A DNA stretch of 41,395 nucleotides from Flavihumibacter sp. (GTDB lineage Bacteria > Bacteroidota > Bacteroidia > Chitinophagales > Chitinophagaceae). Numbering within the stretch: the stretch's first letter is position 1; every line of letters begins with the position of its first letter. Of this stretch, positions 1 to 8,802 are shown piece after piece. The notes beneath the pieces were generated by a model. It was not told where the DNA came from. It ran no database searches and worked only from the letters and a program-made list of their open reading frames with translations. The DNA is taken from NCBI GenBank assembly GCA_036562745.1, contig DATCJQ010000472.1:1-41395 (forward strand). Direction: 5' to 3'. A program made the position numbers and the translations under genes.

Positions 1-736
1 GTCCCTGTGGCGACCAAACCCAGTTATCCTCGGGCAGGGGTTTTCCATTTGCACCCGTGCGGCGCTTATAGGAAATGCCATCATTGTCCATGGTCCATTC
101 CACGCGTGAAAAATTGATCCGCCAGGTAGCACCCACGACCGGTTTGGAAATCCGACCCGGACGTTCGAGATCTTTAAAGGGAATCGCCATTTCAACCACC
201 CAGCCCTTGTCGATATCACGGTTATCATTAAGCGTACCGTGCAGTTTAACCGCTGAGAGCAGGTTGGTGGAATTCCATTCCATCACCATGGGCCCGCCTT
301 TTTTATAGGGACGTTGCATAAACAGATCCATCACGGTACCGAGTGCATTGATCTCGTATTCGAAATATTGTTCCTGATCGTTATTGGGATCAAGAAACAC
401 TTCGAAATCATGATCGTTAAAAATGATGGCATCGCGCTGCGTAAGGGTTGCCCAGAGATGCGGCTCCTCCATTTCTGCCAGCACATAGAGGTAGTTATCA
501 TCCCATAACATTTTCACGCGCGTCTTGAATCGCGGTTCGGGCTTTTTATCACCCTCGATATCCCGGAAATATGCAGTCCAGGGAGCTTTTTTCCAGGCCT
601 TGTCAATCTCGCCATCGATTTTGATTGGCTTTTTGGTTTTGTACACATCATAACTACGGGGAAGTGAATCCGTGCTATTATTCAGAGAACCAAAACCGAG
701 TACTGCCAGTGTGCAGATTTTTAAAATCGAAACCAT
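1..736 (-). CDS. Carbohydrate-binding family 9-like (DOMON-like) protein, 3' end runs off the window
   Basis: Not in ORF track. Manual translation from ATG 736: MVSILKICTLAVLGFG...PIKIDGEIDKAWKKAPW...TRVKMLWDDNYLYVLAEMEEPHLWATLTQRDAIIFNDHDFEVFLDP...WVVEMAIPF...WRINFSRVEW...PEDNWVWSPQG; frame is open to the window edge. Confidence 0.85.
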   Translation of the reverse strand, partial: MVSILKICTLAVLGFGSLNNSTDSLPRSYDVYKTKKPIKIDGEIDKAWKKAPWTAYFRDIEGDKKPEPRFKTRVKMLWDDNYLYVLAEMEEPHLWATLTQRDAIIFNDHDFEVFLDPNNDQEQYFEYEINALGTVMDLFMQRPYKKGGPMVMEWNSTNLLSAVKLHGTLNDNRDIDKGWVVEMAIPFKDLERPGRISKPVVGATWRINFSRVEWTMDNDGISYKRRTGANGKPLPEDNWVWSPQG

Positions 737-934
737 ACCTACTAGTGTCAAAAAATGCTTAAGTGTAATGCAATGTTAGCTTATTTAAACAGAGAAAAAA
801 TCAAATGAATTAAACTCACAATTTGTAGAAAAAAAAGCAGTAAAATCAGCAGGAACAGGCAAAAGAATTGGAAGAATTGAACAAAAAAGAGGAAGCGTAA
901 AATAGAATTGGCTGAAACAACGTAAATTTTCATT

Positions 935-1912
935 ATGCAAGAAAATCAGTCAAATTCACGTCGCGACTTTATCCGCTATGGCACTGCCTTATTGGGCGGA
1001 CTCGCGCTGCCACCCTTTGCAAAGGATGCACTTAGTAAATTGAATGAAGGCGAAGCATTCAGCAATCTTGCGAAGTACCGTCCCAGGCTCAGCTTCTCCA
1101 CGCTTGGGTGCCCCGACTGGGACTTTGAAAAGATAACCGCATTTGCGAAGGAGCACGGGTATCAGGGTATCGAGGTGCGCGGTATTCAGCGCGAAATGGA
1201 CCTGCCAAAATCGCCGCTTTTCAGCACAGGGGAAGCGCGTACTGCCACCCTGAAGCGCATGAGGGAAAGGGGACTTGTTTTTGTTAGCCTGGGTTCCTCG
1301 GCGACCATGCATTTTAAAGATCCTGCCAAAAGGACGTCGAACCTGGATGATGGCAAACGCTTTATTGATCTTGCCGCGCAGTTGAATTGTCCTTATGTGC
1401 GGATCTTCCCCAATAATTTTCCCCAGGACCAGACAAGGGAAGAAACCATGGATCTGATCAAGAACGGATTTCTATCGCTTTGCGAATATGCATCGGGAAC
1501 CAATGTAACGGTGTTGATGGAAACGCATGGAGATCTGATTCATTCAGCAGATCTGCAGGAGATCATGGAGCAGGTGAATCATAAAAAAGCCGGACTGATC
1601 TGGGATATATCCAACATGTGGACGGTAACCCGCGAGCATCCCGCTGATGTATATGCGAAAATCGGGAAATACGTCCGGCACACGCATATCAAGGATGCAG
1701 TGATGAAGAATCCCGGTTACAGATATGTTTTTGTTGGAAAGGGTGAAGTGCCCATATCCGATGCGCTGCACCTGCTGGTTCGCGATCGATATAGTGGCTA
1801 TTTCAGTTTCGAATGGGAAAAGCTCTGGATTCCGGAACTGGAGGAACCGGAACTGGCCATTGCCGATTATCCAAAAGCTATTAAAGAGATGATTTCAGGA
1901 ATCCGGTCTTAG
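935..1912 (+). CDS. Sugar phosphate isomerase/epimerase (xylose isomerase-like TIM barrel), Tat-exported
   Basis: SRRDFI twin-arginine signal; FSTLGCPDW, GIEVRG, METHGD, WDISN, HTHIKD and FEWEK motifs. Confidence 0.85.
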   Translation: MQENQSNSRRDFIRYGTALLGGLALPPFAKDALSKLNEGEAFSNLAKYRPRLSFSTLGCPDWDFEKITAFAKEHGYQGIEVRGIQREMDLPKSPLFSTGEARTATLKRMRERGLVFVSLGSSATMHFKDPAKRTSNLDDGKRFIDLAAQLNCPYVRIFPNNFPQDQTREETMDLIKNGFLSLCEYASGTNVTVLMETHGDLIHSADLQEIMEQVNHKKAGLIWDISNMWTVTREHPADVYAKIGKYVRHTHIKDAVMKNPGYRYVFVGKGEVPISDALHLLVRDRYSGYFSFEWEKLWIPELEEPELAIADYPKAIKEMISGIRS

Positions 1913-2115
1913 TTTGCCGGCTGCGAAACATAGGCTTTGGGGTTGCGGGCACCATTTATATGGCAGGACCTGGTTGGTGACTGAGCCTGCTGAGGCGCAG
2001 CATCCGATGACGGATCGTTTCTGGAGACCTTGGCTTCAGTACATTGGGCATTGCAGTTCGGATAAGCCACATACATTTTTCTTTTAGTGGGTACCGGAGC
2101 AGGTTGGACTTTCAT
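1909..2115 (-). CDS. Small hypothetical protein (68 aa), possibly real
   Basis: ATG at 2115 after AT-rich GAAATGAAAACTTT; fills the gap between convergent genes; upstream TAAATTTG -7 element. No recognisable domain. Confidence 0.35.
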   Translation of the reverse strand: MKVQPAPVPTKRKMYVAYPNCNAQCTEAKVSRNDPSSDAAPQQAQSPTRSCHINGARNPKAYVSQPAN

Positions 2116-2152
2116 AAAGTTTTCATTTCGTGAGTAATAGGGTCCAACAGGC

Positions 2153-2178
2153 AAATAAAAAGCCTGCTGGATGCAGGC
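2153..2178 (-). terminator. Intrinsic terminator-like hairpin
   Basis: Minus strand GCCTGC-ATCCA-GCAGGC followed by TTTTTATTT, downstream of the GDPD gene. Confidence 0.55.
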
Positions 2179-2197
2179 AAGCGTGTTTAATCGGCTG

Positions 2198-2205
2198 CAA
2201 ATTTA
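2198..2205 (-). promoter_or_regulatory. Bacteroidota primary-sigma -7 element
   Basis: TAAATTTG on the minus strand matches TAnnTTTG; no clear -33 TTTG at canonical spacing. Confidence 0.4.
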
Positions 2206-2238
2206 CAACCACTAATCCGGTATGACTAATTCTTTCCT

Positions 2239-3024
2239 TTATTTTAACAAATCTTCAAATGCCGCGTCGAGCTGGAAATTGCGCACGCCGGCTTTGAGCA
2301 GGCTGGCTGCGGTGCGTTTCATTTTTTCCCTGGCTTCCGGTGAGAAAGGCGCACGATGGTTCAGCACTCCCACTACCATCAGCTTTTCCTTTTTGGCCCA
2401 TTTCACATCATCGCTACTGATATCAGAAGAAAAAAGATAATAGTGACTGGGATTATAATCGGACCTTAACTTGTTCTCTTCCACCTGTTTGCGGGTGCAG
2501 CTCAGACGAACCTTACCGGTAAAAAACTCTGTGGATTCATCGGTGCCGATCATGAGGGCGTTTTCGCGAAGATTGTATTTGTCGAGGAGGGCGATCACCT
2601 TATAAAAAAGAGCGGAGTCCATGCCCTGAATCTTGTTATCGATCATCACATTGATTTTGCCCTGGCAGGCCTGCAGCACTTCTTCAAAGAGGAGTACCCG
2701 TGTGCCGAAAGGCGTGCGGAGCTTCTGAATTTGCTCCCAGGTCATGGATGTGACCGCGCTGTCCACTCCGAAATAGCGTTTGAAATTGCGATCGTGCTGC
2801 GTAATCAGCACGCTGTCGGCCGTGATGCGAAGATCGATCTCCACCATCCAGTACCCTTTCTGTATGGCTTTTTCGAGAGCAGGCAAGCTGTTTTCCGGAG
2901 TGAGGCTGTCCACGATACCACCGCGATGTGCTATCAGTTTATAAGGCTGTGCGTAAGCCGCCACGGAACCAATCAGGAGCAAGGCACTCAGGCAAAATCG
3001 TTTTATTGAAAAGCAATGTTTCAT
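2239..3024 (-). CDS. Glycerophosphodiester phosphodiesterase family protein, secreted
   Basis: Signal peptide ending AYA-Q; IAHRGG, PENSL, EIDLR and HD motifs. Confidence 0.9.
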   Translation of the reverse strand: MKHCFSIKRFCLSALLLIGSVAAYAQPYKLIAHRGGIVDSLTPENSLPALEKAIQKGYWMVEIDLRITADSVLITQHDRNFKRYFGVDSAVTSMTWEQIQKLRTPFGTRVLLFEEVLQACQGKINVMIDNKIQGMDSALFYKVIALLDKYNLRENALMIGTDESTEFFTGKVRLSCTRKQVEENKLRSDYNPSHYYLFSSDISSDDVKWAKKEKLMVVGVLNHRAPFSPEAREKMKRTAASLLKAGVRNFQLDAAFEDLLK

Positions 3025-5186
3025 CAGTCCTGTTTTTCGTCTTTCCCGCCTTTGAAGATATTACCGATTTCTCGACCGATCTGCTGAATTTTCTCAATAC
3101 CCTTGTTAAGTGTTTCGGGATTGATATCCTCATATTCCTCAAACTTGTGGTCGGTATCGTATTGACTGGGATAAACCACCAGCTTCGAAATCGATGGGAA
3201 ATATTTATCGAGTTTGAAAAGCAGGCTGTCGAATACGGGATTATAGGCGATGGAACCCTTTCTCCCCGAAAAGAAGATGATGATATCATCGTTATTGATC
3301 GATTTCGACAACACCAGGAAATCAGCCCAATCATCGAACTGGTAAAAGCTGATATTGCCCGCTTTGGATGTTTCCAGGTAGCGGTTCATGGAGGCCTGTG
3401 ATTTGCTGTTGCAATAGCAGAAAACCGGTATGGACAATTCCTTCGAAAGACGCATCACGCTATCCAGACAGGTGGTGAACCCTTTTTCGCGTTCCACCAG
3501 CGGCGGACAGAAAACAAGGATTCGTTTATGCGCAACCAGTATATGGTTGGGATTGCAGATGAAAATATTTTTATCGAGTCCGGTTACTATACTTTCGGTG
3601 GTTTCTCCGAAAAATTTCTCGAGAATGGTATTTTTTTCCGGCCATTCCAGCAGCACAATATTGGCCATGATTTCTTTGGAAGTTCGGATGATACCGCTGT
3701 TTACGTTGTGATCGATCGAAGCAATTACGTTTATATTGGTATCAGTGGCCGCGGCAATCTGGTAGGATTTGTCCAGTTTCTTGCGCGCCACCATCAGGTT
3801 TTGTTCAGCCTCCTTGTTGTTAGGCACTACTGAGAGTACGGTAATGGGGTGGGGCGATTTCTTATCCTTCACCAATATGGCCAGTTCCAGCATGGATTCC
3901 ACATGATCAAAATCCTCGATGGGCAGCAGGATATGTTCCTTGTTCTCGAGCAGATCCGTATCGGGCACCACGTTTGTATCGGCTTCCAGCACCATTTTCT
4001 TGGCCGCATTTTCGGTAGCGAAGGAAGCAACCAGGCAAGTGATCAGAATAAGGATGATGGTACCGTTGAGGATATTTTCATCGAGAATGCCTTCGCGATA
4101 GCCCACCAGTATAATGGCCAGTGTGGCAGCCGCATGGGCGGAACTGAGTCCGAACATGAGTTGCCGCTCCGCCGTGTTGTATTTAAATACTTTCTGGGTG
4201 ATGAATGCGGCCAACCATTTTCCGAACAAAGAAGTTACGGTCAGTACCGCCGCTACTAACAGGGCCGTATAACCGTTAAAAACCACCCGCAGATCCACCA
4301 GCATACCCACGCTGATCAGGAAGAAGGGAATAAAGATCGCGTTGCCAATGAATTCGATCCGGTTCATCAGGGCGGAGGAATGGGGAATCAGCTTGTTCAG
4401 CGCAAGTCCCGCTACGAATGCCCCGATGATGGCCTCCACTCCTGCCACTTCAGCCAGGAAGGCCGCGAAAAACACAACAGATAATACAAATATATAATGC
4501 GACGTTTTCTCACTTTCCAGTTTGCGGAAGAACCAGCGGGCAATTCGGGGAATCAGGAAGAACATAATGGCCGAGAAAATCGCCAGGGAAGTCCCGAGAC
4601 GAATCCAGAACTCCTGAGTCAGGTTGCCCTTGGCCGATCCCATGGTTACCGCCAGAATAATGAGCACAGCCGTATCGGTGAGGATGGTGCCTCCCACCGT
4701 GATGGCCACCGCCGCCTGTTTGGACACGCCGAAACGGGTTACAATGGGGTAAGACACCAGGGTGTGGGTCGCAAACATACTGGCCGTAAGAAAGCTGGCA
4801 TTACTGTCGTAGCCGAGGAAATAATGGCAAACGGGATACCCTATACATAGTGGTATAAAAAAGGTGAGCGCACCAAATGCAAAGCTCTTGTTCTTATGCT
4901 TCTGAAACTCGTTGAGATCCAGTTCCAGTCCCGCAATGAACATAATATAAAGCAACCCAATCGTCGAAAACAGGTCAATCGCCGAGTTTTTGGCGAGGAT
5001 ATTCAAACCATTCGGGCCGATGATAACCCCCGAAATGATCAACCCGATGATACCCGGGATATTCAGTTTTCGCAGCAGGATCGGAGATAAGAGAATAATT
5101 AACAGAATCAACGAAAAAATCAATACCGGACTTGAAAGGGGCCGATGAAATTCATGCAATAACTCTCTCCAAAAGCTCTCGTGCAT
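3024..5186 (-). CDS. Cation:proton antiporter (CPA2) with C-terminal USP-like domains
   Basis: About 13 hydrophobic segments, GLLYIMFIAGLE and TILTD motifs, soluble C-terminal half starting HILLPI. Stop overlaps the GDPD start. Confidence 0.9.
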   Translation of the reverse strand: MHESFWRELLHEFHRPLSSPVLIFSLILLIILLSPILLRKLNIPGIIGLIISGVIIGPNGLNILAKNSAIDLFSTIGLLYIMFIAGLELDLNEFQKHKNKSFAFGALTFFIPLCIGYPVCHYFLGYDSNASFLTASMFATHTLVSYPIVTRFGVSKQAAVAITVGGTILTDTAVLIILAVTMGSAKGNLTQEFWIRLGTSLAIFSAIMFFLIPRIARWFFRKLESEKTSHYIFVLSVVFFAAFLAEVAGVEAIIGAFVAGLALNKLIPHSSALMNRIEFIGNAIFIPFFLISVGMLVDLRVVFNGYTALLVAAVLTVTSLFGKWLAAFITQKVFKYNTAERQLMFGLSSAHAAATLAIILVGYREGILDENILNGTIILILITCLVASFATENAAKKMVLEADTNVVPDTDLLENKEHILLPIEDFDHVESMLELAILVKDKKSPHPITVLSVVPNNKEAEQNLMVARKKLDKSYQIAAATDTNINVIASIDHNVNSGIIRTSKEIMANIVLLEWPEKNTILEKFFGETTESIVTGLDKNIFICNPNHILVAHKRILVFCPPLVEREKGFTTCLDSVMRLSKELSIPVFCYCNSKSQASMNRYLETSKAGNISFYQFDDWADFLVLSKSINNDDIIIFFSGRKGSIAYNPVFDSLLFKLDKYFPSISKLVVYPSQYDTDHKFEEYEDINPETLNKGIEKIQQIGREIGNIFKGGKDEKQD

Positions 5187-5368
5187 AGATCACATTTAAA
5201 AAATACAGTCAAACATACCTAAAATCACTTTATCTGACCGTTTCTGTCGCGCATTATACAATATAACAGGCAATTAGTCAGGAAGTTGTCGGCATTTTTA
5301 ATTAACCCGATCACCCGATTAACAAAATTATTACAACCGTTTGCGTATTAAGTACACATTAAATTTCC

Positions 5369-5391
5369 TATTTTTGTTGAATCGTTTCAAC
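5369..5391 (+). promoter_or_regulatory. -7 promoter element with adjacent LacI-type operator
   Basis: TATTTTTG at 5369-5376 directly followed by the near-palindrome GTTGAATCGTTTCAAC (5376-5391) with central CG. Confidence 0.6.
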
Positions 5392-5420
5392 TAAAAGAGG
5401 ATTTTGAAGCGTGTGTGCGT

Positions 5421-6605
5421 ATGAATAAGCAAATTTTTCCGTTGACATTAGGTGGACTGGGAATTGGTACCACAGAATTTGTGATTATGGGTTTATTGCC
5501 GGATGTAGCCAGCTCCTTGTCGGTAAGCATTCCCCAGGCGGGCTACCTGATTTCCGCCTATGCTCTGGGTGTGGTGATCGGTGCACCGCTGCTGGTAGGA
5601 TTTTCCACCAAATATGACCCCAAAAAAACCCTGATGGTGCTGATGGGGATCTTCACCTTGTTCAACGGCTTATCCGGACTCGCACCCAATTTCGGATCGC
5701 TGCTCGCGCTGCGTTTCATGTCAGGGCTGCCGCACGGCGCATTCTTCGGTATCGGTGCCGTGGTGGCCTCCCAACTGGCCAAAGAAGGCAAGCAGGCGCA
5801 GTCCATCGCGATGATGTTCCTCGGACTCACGGTGGCCAACCTGGCCATGGTGCCCCTGGTTACCCTGATCGGCCAGGCCCTCAGCTGGCGTTATGCTTTT
5901 CTGATTGTGGCCCTAATCGGTGCCATCGCCCTTTATTTTATTCATATCTGGCTGCCTGCCACCCCGCGCTCCGAAAACAGTTCCGTGCGTGAGGAGCTGA
6001 AATTCTTCAAAACCGGTAAACCCTGGCTGATCCTTTCAATAACAGCCATTGGTTTTGGCGGACTCTTTGCCTGGTTCAGTTATATAGCCCCGCTGGCCGT
6101 GAATGTTTCGCATTTCAATGCCGGATTTGTGCCCTATATCATGCTGCTGGCCGGTGTAGGAATGGTAATCGGCAATATCCTCGGCGGCATCATGTCCGAC
6201 AAAATGAAACCCGAAAAAGCAGCCATCGTATTGTTCGTAATCCAGGTATCGGCCCTGCTGGCGGTATTCTTTTTCTCCGGTAACCAGTTTGTATCGCTCA
6301 CGCTTACCTTTCTCTGCGGTCTGTTGGCCATGGCAGTTTCCTCCCCCATCAATATGCTGATGATCAGCACCGCGAAGGAATCAGCCCGCATGGGTGCCGC
6401 ATTCATGCAGGCAGCATTCAATATCGCGAATTCACTGGGAGCTTATTTCGGCGGATTGCCGCTGGCGCGCGGACTCGGATTCCAGTATCCCGCACTGGCC
6501 GGAGCACTGATGGCCATGGGCGGACTTGCTCTCACCATCTGGTTTGTACTGAAATATCGCGAACCGCAACAGGGACAATTGGTACTTTCCGGAAGAGCTG
6601 CCTGA
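5421..6605 (+). CDS. MFS transporter, DHA1/AraJ-like
   Basis: 12 TM segments; GIGTTEFVIMGLLP, LISAYALGVVIGAP, RFMSGLPHGAFFG and AAFNIANSLGA motifs. ATG at 5421 preferred over GTG at 5415. Confidence 0.9.
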   Translation: MNKQIFPLTLGGLGIGTTEFVIMGLLPDVASSLSVSIPQAGYLISAYALGVVIGAPLLVGFSTKYDPKKTLMVLMGIFTLFNGLSGLAPNFGSLLALRFMSGLPHGAFFGIGAVVASQLAKEGKQAQSIAMMFLGLTVANLAMVPLVTLIGQALSWRYAFLIVALIGAIALYFIHIWLPATPRSENSSVREELKFFKTGKPWLILSITAIGFGGLFAWFSYIAPLAVNVSHFNAGFVPYIMLLAGVGMVIGNILGGIMSDKMKPEKAAIVLFVIQVSALLAVFFFSGNQFVSLTLTFLCGLLAMAVSSPINMLMISTAKESARMGAAFMQAAFNIANSLGAYFGGLPLARGLGFQYPALAGALMAMGGLALTIWFVLKYREPQQGQLVLSGRAA

Positions 6606-6661
6606 TAGCCTTGCAGGCCGGAGAGAAAAACAGTAGTTCAGTAATCAGCGTTTGGCGCTGA

Positions 6662-7669
6662 TCAACGCGCAGCGGGCTTCAAAATCAGTTCTCCGCTCAG
6701 TTCGAAAAAGCTTCGCTTCTTATCGCCGTTGATCTTTGCGAGGAGTTGCTGTATGGCGAGGGAACCCATCTCCCGGATAGGTTGACGGATATAGGCGAAA
6801 GGGGGATCAAATAACTCGTAATCATCCACACTATCGAATCCCACCAGCGCAATCTGTTTGGGAACCTGTACTTTCTTACGGTGAATGTATTGCAGTCCGA
6901 AGCCCGACATCCGGTTGGAGGCGAAAAACACGGCATCCACAGGTTTGGACAGGCTCATCAATTCATCCATCACGGCTTTGATTTCCGCATAACTCACATT
7001 GGTACCTACTTCCTTCAACCAGTTTTTATCGGCTTTGATGCCCGCATCTTTGAGTGCCTCCTGGTAACCGCGGGTTCTTTCGCGCAAGGTGTGAACCGTG
7101 CTGTTAAAGCCGATCATCCCGATACGTGTTTTACCCTGCGCGAGTAAATGTGTCACCGCCTTATAAGCAGCCTCGTAGTTATTGAGACCGATATAATCGG
7201 TTTTCAACGAGGGGAAATAGCGATCCACCAGCACAAAGGGCACGCTGCTTTTCTTCAGTTTTTTGAGCGCAGACTCTGTATCGGCAGAAGGCGCGATGAT
7301 GAGTCCGTCGACCTGCCTGGTGGCCATAAAATCCAGCACCCTGGTAAATTTGACGGGATCCTCGTCGGAACTGCCGAAGATCACGGCATAGCCCTGACGA
7401 TCCGCTTCATCTTCGATACAACGTGCGAGCTGTGCAAAAAAGGGATTCGCGATATCGGAAACAATGAGACCAATGCTTTGTGTGCGGTTGGTCTTAAGGC
7501 TGCGGGCAACTATATTTTTCTGATAGTTGAGTGCCCGGGCAACACGACGGATTTTGTCGGCCGTTTCCTTTTTGATCCGGTTTTCGTGCTGGTTGTTGAG
7601 CACATAAGAAACCAGGGTTACGGAGACCCCGGCTTTCTCGGCGATATCTTTCAATGAAACGGCCGGCAT
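6662..7669 (-). CDS. LacI family transcriptional regulator
   Basis: SLKDIAEKAGVSVTLVSYVLN helix-turn-helix, ARSL hinge, IANPFF and VGFD. Start set at ATG 7669, just after the upstream gene stop. Confidence 0.93.
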   Translation of the reverse strand: MPAVSLKDIAEKAGVSVTLVSYVLNNQHENRIKKETADKIRRVARALNYQKNIVARSLKTNRTQSIGLIVSDIANPFFAQLARCIEDEADRQGYAVIFGSSDEDPVKFTRVLDFMATRQVDGLIIAPSADTESALKKLKKSSVPFVLVDRYFPSLKTDYIGLNNYEAAYKAVTHLLAQGKTRIGMIGFNSTVHTLRERTRGYQEALKDAGIKADKNWLKEVGTNVSYAEIKAVMDELMSLSKPVDAVFFASNRMSGFGLQYIHRKKVQVPKQIALVGFDSVDDYELFDPPFAYIRQPIREMGSLAIQQLLAKINGDKKRSFFELSGELILKPAAR

Positions 7670-7673
7670 ATCC

Positions 7674-8732
7674 TTAGCCTTTGAAATAATAATCGGGCTT
7701 GTACATTTTGTTCTCGTTGTTGCTGCGAACGGCATAGGTGAATCCATCCTGCAGACAATAGGCGCCGAACTCGCCCTGTTTGTTCAGTGCCAGAAATCCC
7801 ACCTGCATTTCTTTTGCCTTAGAGGGACTTCTTTTCACGATCCGTTCAACGGCATCGCGGCAGGCCTGTTCGGGTTTGGCACCCTGGCGCATCAGTTCCA
7901 CAATCAGGTGCGAACCCACGATGCGGATCACTTCCTCGCCCACGCCGGTTGCTGTAGCTGCACCTACTTCATTATCGACATAAAGTCCCGCACCGATGAT
8001 GGGAGAATCCCCCACACGCCCGCGCATCTTGAATGCCATACCACTGGTAGTGCAGGCTCCACCCATATTGCCCTGCTGGTCGATGGCAATCATACCGATG
8101 GTATCGTGATTATATTTTCCACCGGGCAGTGAATCAACATCCACTTTATTCAGAATATTTTCAATATTGATAATCGGTTCGTATTTGGATGTCTTAAGCC
8201 ATTCCTTATAGGCTTTTTCCGAAGCAGGCAGCAGCAGGTTTTCTTTCTTGAATCCATTCTCCAATGCAAATGCCAGGGCACCATCGCCCACCAACACTAC
8301 GTGCGGAGTTTTATCCATCACCAGGCGGGCAACAGAAATCGGGTGCTTGATATGTTCGATACACATTACCGATCCGCATCCGTATTTATCATCCATGATA
8401 CAGGCGTCGAGTGTTACGCGGCCTTCACGGTCGGGCAATCCACCCAATCCCACTGTTAAATTGGAGGGATCTGCTTCGGTGATCCGTACACCGGCTTCTA
8501 CTGCATCCACGGCCCTTCCGCCCTTTGACAGTACTTCCCACGCGCCTTCATTGGCCTGCATCCCGAAATCCCAGGTGGAAATCACGATGGGAAACCCTCC
8601 TTTCTGATTCTTGTTCGCGGTTTCGTTGGACTTTTCCGCGGCGTTCGAGCACATGGTAAGCAGGGAGGATCCGGCTACCAGGGAGGCGGAGCTGGTCAGA
8701 GACTGACGCAAAAATCTTCTTCTATCAAGCAT
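7674..8732 (-). CDS. N(4)-(beta-N-acetylglucosaminyl)-L-asparaginase (Ntn hydrolase), Tat-exported
   Basis: MLDRRRFL Tat signal; ISTW, VGLGGLPD, HD/TIG autocleavage site, TSGMAFKMRGRVGDSPIIGAG and TGVGE motifs. Confidence 0.92.
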   Translation of the reverse strand: MLDRRRFLRQSLTSSASLVAGSSLLTMCSNAAEKSNETANKNQKGGFPIVISTWDFGMQANEGAWEVLSKGGRAVDAVEAGVRITEADPSNLTVGLGGLPDREGRVTLDACIMDDKYGCGSVMCIEHIKHPISVARLVMDKTPHVVLVGDGALAFALENGFKKENLLLPASEKAYKEWLKTSKYEPIINIENILNKVDVDSLPGGKYNHDTIGMIAIDQQGNMGGACTTSGMAFKMRGRVGDSPIIGAGLYVDNEVGAATATGVGEEVIRIVGSHLIVELMRQGAKPEQACRDAVERIVKRSPSKAKEMQVGFLALNKQGEFGAYCLQDGFTYAVRSNNENKMYKPDYYFKG

Positions 8733-8802
8733 TGCACTTAGTTTTAAACAGGTGCTAAAATAAGCATCCGGTGTCATTAAAGCACGGCCGACAGATTTTC
8801 GA

